Assembly (NCBI RefSeq): GCF_006345805.1 | Contig: NC_042999.1 | Span: forward strand, 138,508,001 to 138,572,000 | Direction of reading: 5' to 3' | Length of the DNA: 64,000 bases | Source: Octopus sinensis | Lineage: Eukaryota | Shown: positions 12,978-24,128 of the stretch, in pieces | Layout: every line of letters begins with the position of its first letter | Position numbering within the stretch: position 1 is the stretch's first letter | Position numbers and translations under genes: made by a program | Notes under the pieces: model-generated | Seen by the model: the letters and a program-made list of their open reading frames with translations, nothing else | The model's database searches: none | What the model was told of the DNA's origin: nothing

Positions 12978-13113
12978 CAACAATAATATCGAAAAATACC
13001 TTAGGAATGAGAACCCAAGTTCGAAATTTCCCTAATACACCCGTTGAAGGCTGGAGGGTATATCAGCCGAATGTAAATAATACTCATAATTCCTCATCTC
13101 TTAAATATAGAAC
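12775..13113 (+). mobile_element. tRNA-headed element with an inverted 53-bp end segment, (AAT)n and a truncated hammerhead-like motif
   Basis: Inverted repeat 12775-12827/12988-13040 (50/53 identical). A box TGGCGCAGTGC at 12848, B box GTTCGATTCC at 12893. CCGTTGA-A-GGCTG(10 nt)CAGCC-GAA at 13041-13071. Confidence 0.7.
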
Positions 13114-14119
13114 AATGTTATCAACTGTATAAATTAAGAGAAATACCTGAACTCAGAATCGAAACCAGTTCATGGACATAGCTCGACACCAGATTATTCA
13201 TTGTTCTTTGTTATTAATCAATAATGATTGTCTGTGAAACCTGTAAAATAGGTTCAAAATATAAATATTCTAATTGTTATTAGTTCTATTGCCAGTTGCC
13301 AACTGGTTTTATAAATATATGGTGGAATGCGTGAGAACGAAAGTAATTATTTATGCACTTGAAGAAAATAAATCCCATTTGAAAGAAACCTAACTGCAAT
13401 ATGGCGGAGCATACAGAAATTCTGTTGTAAATATAATCATGGCAGGAATATCCTTCAAGAATTGTATCCAATTATAGAGAAATATAATTGTATGGCTTCG
13501 TCGAAAGACATTCCAATGAACGTTTTATTTATTTTTTTTATAACGTCATCATTTATTCTATAATTAATGTTGTAGTGGATTTTGTGTAACTGACTTAATC
13601 CAGTTGGCTTGAAGCAAATTACTTTACTAAAATGTATCACTTCATTTGCCAAAGGAAAATTACCTTTGTCTGCTCTGCTGCTGGCATTGTTATTGTTTAG
13701 TTTCAGGTCAACTCTGATCGAAAAGACCTTTGATTAAATATATTTCATCCGTAAGAATTTTCTGTCCATTTTTTTAAGACGGCGAAGTTTGATTCGAATG
13801 AAATTTGACTGCTATTACTAGGAGATTGATTGGCCACCTAGAGGTTCCTTTGCTTGCTCGTCTAGACTACTGGTACGATTTCATGGGGAATTCCTTCATA
13901 TTACCTTCTTTTCTTTGCAGTAATTTTCGTTAACGTGAAACAATAACACCCAACTACAAAATCAAAGGCGAGAATTAAAATTTCACTGTAAAGTGAATGA
14001 TTTAACGGTAATGATTTAAGGTGATCCATATGCTGAGGAATGTAACAAAAATCTTTAAGTAACACAATATAAAATCACAGACTCTTTTGCTGAGTATAGT
14101 GCTCATTGTTCCTTCCATT

Positions 14120-14260
14120 TGCTTATCTCTTGACCATTTCTTGATGACGTTGCAACTAGATTTCGCCAATTTTCTCGGTCTTCTGTTGCACTCAGTGAGT
14201 CGGCGAAACTAGGACCTGTCCTTTCTTGATGTTAATCCGGGCGACGGCCGATCCGGTGGG
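14120..14260 (-). mobile_element. RTE-like LINE 3' end remnant
   Basis: Minus translation LSATEDRENWRNLVATS resembles the RTE C-terminal A.DR..WR..V motif. Confidence 0.4.
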
Positions 14261-14559
14261 GGCTATGGTCTGGTTGCCATCATCATGAATGCACGCCCTT
14301 GTTTTGAATCGGAGAGTAACGACCCATCGATCTTTGTCAAAGACTGAATTGTAACATTACACCATGAGTTCATCAAACGTCTTTGTTCTCTGCTGTCGGG
14401 GAGCTCGCTCCTTAGCTGGAAAATTGCAGCTGCTTTCCTGTTTCGCATAAAAATGTAGTCGAGGTACATCTTGCTTGCTATCACAGTGGATGTGACGCTT
14501 TTCTCAATATTCTCTTCGATTCTACCTACAAAATCCCCCTCGAATATAATAGTTTACAT

Positions 14560-15110
14560 CTCTAGTTCTTCACTGAAACTAATAAATTCTACTCTAAATT
14601 CCATCTTTAACATTACCACCTGCTATCCATTATTACTTACCGCCAATTCCCGCTTATTTAGCTCAGTGATCTCATTTCTTGGATCCCATATCTATGTTTA
14701 TTGTAAGGGTAACAAAGTGTGGTCTGCATGGCCATCAATCAAGAATTATAGTGAAACTGTCAATACCATCTAGATTACCTAGCTTGTCCTAGTCCATATT
14801 GATGTTTTCGAGAAATCCAGTGATACTTATCAGACTTTTGGAAATGTCTGAGTAGGTTTGGTAAACTGTTTGTGTGCATCTCGGACACCATTACAACCGC
14901 CCACTAATACTAACGAGTTAGATATTCTTAGAAAGTTTTGTCAAGGTCTGAAGAAGTCTGATCATCCAGCCCTATTCAGTATATAAATGGCCTCTAGCTT
15001 TAAATCTATGCTTCTATGTGAGGATCAGATGTTCGTCTTTCACTGAATGTTACCATATCTAAATTTTGTAAACTGACGTCCCTTGGAAGTGACTATACTT
15101 CCAGACATCA
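14560..15110 (-). mobile_element. Highly degenerate L1/Tx1-like APE endonuclease remnant
   Basis: Broken minus-strand translation includes FLRISNSLVLVGGCNGVRDA, similar to the APE LGGDFN motif. Many stops. Confidence 0.35.
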
Positions 15111-15125
15111 CCAGATTGTCTAGAG

Positions 15126-15326
15126 CAGTGGTTTTCAACCAGGGTTCCGCCAGTACAGTGCAGGGGTTCCGCAAGAAGTTACAAAACTGCTAAAATCAAC
15201 AGTAATTTTTAAGTCTCCTGTGCAGATATGTGTGCATAAGACAATTAAATTATTGCACAGGGGTTCCTCGAGCCAGTGGAATGTTTCATTGGGGTTCCGC
15301 TCCAGCAAAAAGTTTGAAAAGCACTG
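15126..15326. mobile_element. hAT (Charlie-like) MITE
   Basis: TIRs cagtggttttcaa/ttgaaaagcactg. Exact 8-bp TSD gtctagag at 15118-15125 and 15327-15334. Confidence 0.9.
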
Positions 15327-16591
15327 GTCTAGAGGAAAATAATCTTTTCCCATTTTAATTTTATTTTTATTTACGGCTCCCTAAACAGACTCAATATCAA
15401 GCTTTTAGCTAATTGAGAATTCTCTCTGACATTTGTACATACTTCTGCTTTGTTTCCCCCAGTACCATATAAACATAGCAGGTTTTAAGAGGAATGATTC
15501 CATCCACTCCACTTCTGCTTCTACATGTTTCTGTCATAATAGTAATAATAGTTATTAATATAAGCACAACGCCAGAAATTATGAAGTGGGAGATTAATTG
15601 ATCACATTGGCCAGTACTTGACTGGTACTTTATTTTATCGAACCCAGAAAGATTAAAGGAATTCGAACACACAACGTAAAGGGCCGCAACTAAGACATAA
15701 GGTCAGATGAATAGGTTCTACAATTTTCGATTTTCTTTCAATACTTATGAAAATGAAACAATGTTTATTGAAGGAATATGTTCATGGCTATAATTTACAA
15801 TATCTTTTGATTAAATTATTTATTCCCTTATGTTTATTCTCCGCAGCATCTATTCTCAGCTTGTTTATTCTGCAATGTTTATTCCCAGGCTGTTAGCGAT
15901 TTATTTTAACGAAAACTATATAGATTTTATACGCAGCAATTTAACTTACAGTTTTTTTTTCACTGTTGTAACTACATGCAAATCCGATACAGTTGATTTT
16001 GCCTTGGAAGTCGACGAAATAGGTTTGAGGTAAGTATTGGGGTCAGTTTGATTATGTAACTCCCATACTCATACACACAAACACACACCTACACACAGAT
16101 ATATACACACCCACCCACACACAGATACACACACATATGGTGGGGGAGCAATAAATGGATTTATATTTAGATACATCTTGTTTATCAATTGTATATTATT
16201 CATATCAGATTAACTCAAAATTGTACCAGAACGTATGTTCTCGGTACCCTTGACTTGCAATAATTCTAACAGTATTCATCCTGATGCCTGCTTATAAATA
16301 CAGAGATAAATTCAGAGTTAACCTGTTTCGTGTTAGCCTACTATCAAGTGGAACGCTCGCTGAATACCTTCTCAGATTTCTTCTTAACCAAATTGTTTTA
16401 TCGTTGGTCTGACAACTTTGACAAGTTTCTCAGACATTTACAAATTACATGATTTCCTGTTTTCCGGAATGATAATTATATGCAAGCCAGTCCTCTATAA
16501 TATAACAGGGAACCATAGTCACGAGCAGCTTGATTCTGAAGTGATGTGGGTAAAAATGGAAATGGTATTTATTTTTAAAGATTCTGAAAGG

Positions 16592-16741
16592 TTAACCCTT
16601 TGCTTGTCCTGTGTATCACATGCGAAAGGAAAGCTTAATATTACTCAGAAAGTCTGAAACAAAGGTTGGCTGAAAGTTTGAAAACAAGCGTAGACGTTTA
16701 GAAGAAACCTATGAAAATGCTTTGGACAGACAAAAGGTTAA
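16592..16741. mobile_element. piggyBac-like MITE
   Basis: TTAA-ccctttg...caaaagg-TTAA termini with imperfect TIR (tgcttgtcc/ggacagaca). Confidence 0.6.
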
Positions 16742-17407
16742 TATTGATAATTTACAGGAAAAGCAGGAAAGGTTGTTTATATGAACGCAGAATCGAAATT
16801 AAACACCAAAATCAGAATCTAACTCAGTAATTACAATATTGATTTACAACTGATTTCTTACACAAGTAGAGGTTCAGTTGCTTTGTAAGAAGGAACACAG
16901 AGTTGACTGGATGAAACCAAGTGAACTACTACCGTATATTTTAACAACCACAAAATGGATCCGAATTCAATACTTTGAGGAACATAAATCAAAAGATTGC
17001 TTTGCTATGATTTGGGACACTGAAATAGTTCTGATAACCTAACGCCTTAAAACAATTTTTTTATGACGAAGCCAAAAACATTGGAGAATGAAATATTGAT
17101 GTCTAACTTAAGCCTAAGGTCATGCATTTAGAAGAAGTAAAGTCGATTGTTTGGACCATGGCACTGGACACTCTGACTAATGAAAAACAAAGTCGATTCT
17201 AGTAGGATTTGAATTCAGAGCGTAAAGGGATGTTACTAAATGTAAATTTATGTCGAACGAATGAAGAGTACTCAATACATGTTGTAAAGAAGATGGTTGT
17301 GCATGTGTGTATCTGTATACACACACACACATATATACATCCATCCATCCATCCATCCATCCATACATACACACATACATACATTCATACATACATACAT
17401 ACATACA

Positions 17408-17458
<51 letters not shown>

Positions 17459-17829
17459 CTAGCAGTATCGCCCGGCGTTGCTCAGGTTTGTAAGGGAAAT
17501 AACTATAAAGCATTTTTAGAGAGTTATAGCCAAAAAATAGCAAAAAAATGGAAAAAAAAATGATGGTAAATTTTTTTTGAGAGTTAAAAAAGGTGGAGTT
17601 GCGTCCCCTAGACGGTCTGTGGTTTGGGTTTCTGATTCTCGACCCCATGTCGAATTTATCGATTTTTTTTCAGAACTGGGGAAACTTTTCAAAAATTTTC
17701 GCTGCGTTAGTTTTGAATTATGACATTGGGCTATGTGTGTGTCAAGTTTCATCAGAATCGGTTGAAAGCCGTGGTCAGAGTGAGGGTACGAGAAAAACAG
17801 ACACACAGAAAACGCACAGACAAACTGCC

Positions 17830-17840
<11 letters not shown>
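17459..17840 (-). mobile_element. Non-autonomous Helitron-like element in (TA)n
   Basis: Minus-strand 3' end ...gagcaacgccgggcgatactgCTAG with a subterminal hairpin. The 3' part is homologous to the element at 37256-37650. Confidence 0.8.
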
Positions 17841-17905
<65 letters not shown>

Positions 17906-17909
17906 TATA

Positions 17910-17941
<32 letters not shown>

Positions 17942-18605
17942 CAGAGAGGGTAATCTCGCCTTTGAGGTTGAACTGGCAGCAGCAAAAACAACAACCGACG
18001 CCAGTCAATGTACACAAATTGGTGTATGAGTAGCGAAAAAACACTAGTGGATTAAAAGAGTTGAAAACATTAATGGCCAAAATAATGTTCATGCTTGAAA
18101 CAAAAATTAGCTCTGAGAAATAAATCAGAGTAACCAGTGACATGAATTTGAACGCCCAAAGACGAATAAAGTTACCGTAAATATCATACAAAATAAATTT
18201 TTTAGTTATTAAAATTATCTTCGCTTCTAGAGAACGCATAAAAATTGCCTCGTGAGAGGCAGCGAAACCTAATAAGTACAGTTTTATTCATATAAGCAAG
18301 GTATTTTACTACATTGAATGCACAACGATTCAACAGTTTGAAGGTACTATGACTTCATGCTTTTCTGAATTAAACAAAAACGACATGGAGACCTCAGGTA
18401 TGCTGCATAAAGAAAATTCTTACCAGCATTGCGTAGCTGTGTGGTAAGAAGCCTCCTTCTCAACCACATGGTTCTGGGTTCAGTTCTATGCGTGGCACCC
18501 TCAGCAACTCTTTTCTATTATGGGTTGGGTCTGACCAAAGCATTGCGAGTGGATTTGGTTGACGGAAACTGAAAGAAGCCCATCGTTTATATATATATAT
18601 ATATA

Positions 18606-19392
18606 TATCAATAATAAAGGGTAAAATCAATTAATTATTAATTAATTTCACCAAGTAGTGTTCAGTATGTAAAAGGACCATTCAAGGTATATTCAAAATA
18701 TTACGTTTATATAATTAGGGCTCAGTAAAATAATTTACTTTGCCACATACTGAAATTTTTAGAAATAGCAGCCAAAAAGTTTTTTTAGCCATTTCTACTA
18801 CTTTAAGAGCCCTAATTATATAACGTAATATTTTGAATATGCCTTGAATGGTCCTTTTACATACTGAACACTACTTGGTGAAATTAATTAATAATTAATT
18901 GATTTTACCCTTTATTATTGATAATACAATTCCTTTCTCCTTGTTCTTTAATGCGGTTCTCACCGTTATAATCTGTTTACTCTATAACTCACGTGGATGG
19001 AAGCGGGAAGAACATGAATCTTCACTCGTACTGTTTGAATTTGCTGGCACTGGCAGTTTGGAGGTGTTTGTCTGAGGTGATTCATATCGGACGGGTATGT
19101 TCAATTTTTTAGTGCTTTCAAATCCAAATTAAGAAATGTTGATCTGACGAAAGAAATGTCGAGTTTTAATTCGACTAATCTAGAAACGTGAGCGTTCTCA
19201 AATAATCTTTGTACATGTGATATTTTGCTGTTTTCCCTCCATATCTACGTGAATTATTTTTGAGTGAAAACTATCTGGGAGACTTTTCTTAAAGTAGTAG
19301 AAATGGCTAAAAAAACTTTTTGGCTGCTATTTCTAAAAATTTCAGTATGTGGCAAAGTAAATTATTTTACTGAGCCCTAATTATATAACGTA
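18606..19392 (+). mobile_element. PLE-type/retrozyme-like module: inverted segment, 565-bp unit and short terminal repeat
   Basis: 18606-18723 is inverted to 18807-18923, and ~18700-18807 is inverted to 19287-19392. gagccctaattatataacgta occurs at 18807 and 19372. Hammerhead motif at 19139-19201. Confidence 0.8.
19139..19201 (+). ncRNA. Type I hammerhead-ribozyme-like motif with extended stem II
   Basis: UUGAU-CUGACGA-A-AGA.GUCGA(8 nt)UCGAC.UCU-A-GAA-ACG(UGAG)CGU-U-CUCAA. Canonical CUGANGA/GAAA core, stem III ACG/CGU, putative GUU cleavage triplet, stem I UUGA/UCAA with a U-C mismatch at its base. Confidence 0.6.
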
Positions 19393-19476
19393 TATATATA
19401 TATATATATATTATTTTATTAAGTTTCAGCTCACGAGCTGTGGCCATGCTGGGGCACCGCCATTCAACTTCAAGCG

Positions 19477-19548
19477 TTCCCATGCCGGGAATCGAACCCG
19501 GGCCGCCTGGGTGAAAGCCAGGAATCCTAAACACTAGACTACATATAT
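19477..19548 (-). pseudogene. tRNA-Glu(TTC)-derived sequence, first 4 nt lost, fused to a SINE tail
   Basis: Minus strand gtgtagtctagtgtttaggattcctggcTTTCAcccaggcggcccgggttcgattcccggcatgggaa closely matches metazoan tRNA-Glu. The acceptor 5' strand is replaced by (TA)n and D-loop GG is now GT. SINE tail follows (19464 down to 19411). Confidence 0.8.
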
Positions 19549-19579
19549 ATATATATAATATATATATATATTATATATA

Positions 19580-19642
<63 letters not shown>

Positions 19643-20054
19643 TTGTGTGTGTAGTGTTTGTGTGTGTTTGTGTGTATTTGTGTGTTTGTGTGTGTGTGTG
19701 TGTGTGTGTATTTGTCTCTAATCACCTGTTGACAACCGGTGTTGGTGTGTTTATGTCCCACTAACATAGCAGTTCGGCAAAACAAACCGATGGAATAAGT
19801 ACCAGCCTCAACAAAAAATTAGTACCGAGATCGATTCATTCGACTAAAAAGATTCTTCAAGGTGGTGCCCCAGCATGGTCACAGTGTAATGACTGAAACA
19901 AATAAGACATGAAAGATATTACTTTCAGAGATGACAACACGTTTCTCTGAATTTTCACATCATCAGCCGCTAGTGAACTGAAGACATTTACTCCCTTAGC
20001 TACTAAATACAAAGCAGTTATTTAATCACACAATATACAACAAGAAACGTTAGC

Positions 20055-20230
20055 ATGCCGGGCGAAATGCTTAGCGGCATTTCGTCTATCTTTACGTTCT
20101 GAGTTCTAATTCTGCCGCGGTCGACTTTGCCTTTCATCCTTTCGGGGTCGATAAATTAAGTACCAGTTGCGTACTGGGGTCGATCTAATCGACTGGCCCC
20201 CTCCCTAAAACGTTCGGGCATTGTGCTAGA
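20055..20230 (+). mobile_element. Nin/Deu-domain SINE
   Basis: gtcgactttgcctttcatcctttcggggtcgataaattaagtaccagttgcgtactggggtcgatctaatcgactggccccctcc. Confidence 0.9.
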
Positions 20231-20515
20231 AAAAGCGGTCACAATACGTAATAAAATAATAGCTGTCTCAGAAAAGTAGTAGAAGTACTTTTAAAGAACA
20301 ATATACACGAAGGACTTCCTTAGTTTCCGTCAACCAGATTCTTCTCAGAAGATATTAGTCACATCAAGGATATTGTAAAAAAAGAAAACACGTGACGTAA
20401 GTACCAGACAAGTATGATCGAACACGGAAGAGCGTAATTACTAATCTAAATTCTCAAACGCATAGTTCTGCCTGCACCTATTCATCATGTAACACAAATA
20501 TTCAGCTTTGTGTTA

Positions 20516-20875
20516 CATCATCATCATCATCATCATCATCATCACAACCATGATGATTGTGATGATGTTGACGACGACGACGACGATGATGATGATGATG
20601 ATGATGATGAAGGTTATCCTCATCAACGTCATCATTGTCGTTTTCGTCGACGTCGTCATCGCCGACACCACCACCACCACCACCCTCCCACTGCCGCCAA
20701 AACACCCCACCCACCCACCACCACCACCCTCCCATTGCCGCCAAAACACCCCACCCCACCCCACCCACCACCATCATTATAATTATCACCGCCATCGTTA
20801 TCTCTGGAGCCACCAGCATCATCACTACCACCAGCCACTCCCATCATCATCATCATCAACTCCTTCATCAACAGC
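20516..20875. repeat. (CAT/GAT/GAC/CCA)n low-complexity tract with an internal ~45-bp duplication
   Basis: Directly visible; source of several spurious ORFs. Confidence 0.9.
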
Positions 20876-21342
20876 GTTATAAATATCTCAGCCAGTTGAT
20901 TAAGCAAGCAAGTGTAATCACTATTCGAAACAGCTCAATTCGGAAGCTAATTAGTTTGTGATGCCAGGTGGTATGAGGTTACTGACCAGATTCTGATGAA
21001 TTTCACCATTAACTTTCAAGCTGTAAGTTTCACGGAAACAATGAAAGGCGCAACATATACTCACCATCTACCACACCCACCGTGACATAAAAATAACTTG
21101 AGCGTTATCTTCGCTTGGAATGTTAGAGATGGGTGTGTGTATGTGTGTATGCGTGTGTGTGTATATGCGTGTGTGTTGTGTGTGTGTGTGTGTTATATGT
21201 GAGTGTGTGTGTTGTGCTGATTATATGATGCATTTAAAACCATTACGGAAAAAATTTCTTGTTCAATTTTACTTTGTAATTTGGATTTAATATGTCAGGT
21301 CAATGGTCTATACATCCATAATACATAAAGCATAGCAAACAC

Positions 21343-21391
<49 letters not shown>

Positions 21392-21413
21392 TATAATAAT
21401 AATAATAATAATA

Positions 21414-21470
<57 letters not shown>

Positions 21471-21476
21471 TAATAA

Positions 21477-21968
21477 TACATGTACATTGTTTTGTCTTGG
21501 TATAAAAGATGGGCTACAGCAAATATTCTGCTCAATACCACAGGTTTGCTTGTCAGTTGTTTGACCTTAACCAGTTGAGCATGTCCCTTAGTGGCTGACG
21601 ATATGTGCATCTCTGATCACGAGCAGAAGTAGTGGGGGAGCATCATGGCCATGTGTTGAGAGGGATTCTTTGGAGTTTGAATGGTTCACCTCTGGAAACA
21701 TAGGTGTTTCGTTCAACATCCTAAAGCAACCCTTATTCAGGGACCGTTTGAGCAGGATGGGCTACTCAACCTGATGAAAATTCTAACTGGGCCCCACCTG
21801 CAAGGTCATGTGTTGTTTATCTTGATATGAGATCACCATGTCGCGCACATATGGTTGTGATGCATGTGCCTGGTGTACCTTTATCAGACGGGTAGTCATG
21901 ATGGGTATATTGGGCTTCGTATATTTTACCCCAGTGTCACTTTGATGGCATGAACTGCTCTCTCACTC
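21477..21968 (+). mobile_element. TAA-flanked retroposon, copy 1
   Basis: Shares the fixed 3' end ...actgctctctcactc-(AAT)n with copies 2 and 3; 5' truncation points differ. Confidence 0.85.
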
Positions 21969-21999
<31 letters not shown>

Positions 22000-22212
22000 T
22001 TTTCTATTATAGGTACAAGGCCTGAAATTTATGGGGAGGAGGTTAGTCGGTTACATCGATCCCAGTGTTTTACTGGTACTCTATTTATCGAGCCCGAAAG
22101 GATGAAAGAAAAAGTCGACCTTGGCGGAATTTGAACTCAGAACGTAGCGACGGGCGGAATACCGCCTAGCATTTCGTCCAGCGTGCTAATGATTCTGTCA
22201 GCTCACCGCCTT
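22000..22212 (-). mobile_element. Nin/Deu-domain SINE
   Basis: Reverse complement of the 20055-20230 family. A similar copy lies at 22970-23182. Confidence 0.85.
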
Positions 22213-22249
22213 CGGCAAGCGACTGTGACAAACATGCAGATTAAAAGTA

Positions 22250-22362
<113 letters not shown>

Positions 22363-22397
22363 AGATGATGATGATGATGATGATGATGATGATAAAA

Positions 22398-22953
22398 TAC
22401 CAGGCAGTGGCTATGCCCTGATGCAGTACCAGGCAGTGGTTCTCATGGCTTCTGATCTTAACTGATTTGAAGTGTTATCATGTACATTGTTTTGTCTTGG
22501 TATAAAAGATGGGCTACAGCAAATATTCTACTCAATACCACAGATTTGCTTGTCAGTTGTTTGACCTTCACCAGTTGAGCATGTCCCTTAGTGGCTGGCG
22601 ATATGTGCATCTCTGAGCACGAGCAGAAGTAGTGGGAGAGCATCATAGCCATGTGTTGAGAGGTAGTCTTTGGGATTTGAATAATTCGCCTTTTGAAACA
22701 TGGGTGTTTCGTTCAACATCCTTATTCAGGGACCTTTTAAGTGGGATGGGCTACCTAACCTGAAGAAAATTCTAACTGGGCCCCACCTGCAAGGTCATGC
22801 TCTGTTAATCTTGATAAGATCACCATGTCGCGCACATATGGTTGTGATGCATGTGCCTAGTATACCCTTATCAGACGGGTAGTCATGACGGGTATACTGG
22901 GCTTCGTATATTTTACCCGTGTCACTTTGATGGCATGCACTACTCTCTCACTC
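22398..22953 (+). mobile_element. TAA-flanked retroposon, copy 2 (longest)
   Basis: Clearly homologous to 21477-21968 and extends further 5'. Confidence 0.85.
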
Positions 22954-23205
22954 AATAATAATAATAATCCTTTCTATTATAGGCACAATGCCTGAAATTT
23001 GGGTGAGTGGGTTAGTCGATTACATCGGCCCCAGTGTTCCAGTCGTACTTATTTTATCGACTCCGAAAGGCTGAAAGGCAAAGTCGACCTCGGCGGAATT
23101 TAAACTCAGAACGTATTGACAGACGAAACACCGCTAAGCATTTTCACCCTGATTGCTAACTATTCTTCCGGCTCGCAGCCTTAACAATAACAGCAACAAC
23201 AATAG

Positions 23206-23462
23206 CATGAGTGTTTCGTTCAACATCCTTAAACAACCCTTATTCAGGGACCTTTTGAACGGGGTGGATTCCTCGACCTGAAGAAAAGTCTAACCGGGCC
23301 CCACCTGCAGGGTCATGCGCGGTTTATCTTCATATGAGATCATCATGTCACGCACATATGGTTGTGATGCATATGCCTGGTGTACCCTTATCAGACAGGT
23401 ATACTGGACCTCTTATATTTTGCCCCAGTGTCACTCTGATGGCATGCACTGCTCTCTCACTC
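23206..23462 (+). mobile_element. TAA-flanked retroposon, copy 3
   Basis: Same 3' end, shorter 5'. Confidence 0.85.
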
Positions 23463-23530
<68 letters not shown>

Positions 23531-23532
<2 letters not shown>

Positions 23533-23873
23533 GCATCTCAAGGCGGTTACAATACCAGTGATCGTAGGAGCATTAGGAATGATCAAGAAGGGAACCGAAA
23601 ATTATATGAGAATGATCCTTGGCTTACCATCCCTGCAAGAAGTGCAAAAGATTGTCTTAACTGGTACATCACACGTATTGAGAAGAGCATTGTCGATGTG
23701 AGAACTGTTGCTGCTCATGTATTTTAATTTAACTTAAAAAAAAAAAAAAAATGAACGATCTATTGAGTTTGGTTTAATGGCCTACCAATGTATACTATGA
23801 GTTTCTTTGCCCTAGGAGTCGGGAAGACACTCGGCAAGAAATGGAAGCAAATTGAAGAAGAAAAAAAAAAGTA
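23531..23873 (+). mobile_element. Dong/R4 LINE 3' end (RLE C-terminus and 3' UTR) between (TAA)n tracts
   Basis: Open frame 23531-23701 WHLKAVTIPVIVGALGMIKKGTENYMRMILGLPSLQEVQKIVLTGTSHVLRRALSM*, then a 3' UTR hairpin and an A-run/TAA tail. Confidence 0.88.
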
Positions 23874-23876
23874 ATG

Positions 23877-23935
<59 letters not shown>

Positions 23936-24096
23936 CAATGTAAATGTTTGTGTTATATTACATGGAGATATTTCTCTACTTCCCCTCCCCAAGCTTTCAG
24001 CTATATTTCAACAACTCTTAACCTTCACTTGCCCTAGGGCGCTGGGTGTGCCCCGGCAAGTGATTGCATCAAACATGCAGATAAAAAGTAAATGAC

Positions 24097-24128
<32 letters not shown>

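Noticed and set aside
19477-19548. Functional tRNA-Glu gene
   Set aside because: Acceptor stem positions 1-4 are unpaired, D-loop GG is mutated, and a SINE tail follows instead of a T-run terminator.
20502-20961. Overlapping His/Asp/Pro/Met-rich ORFs
   Set aside because: Open in several frames on both strands because of trinucleotide repeats; no splice or homology support.
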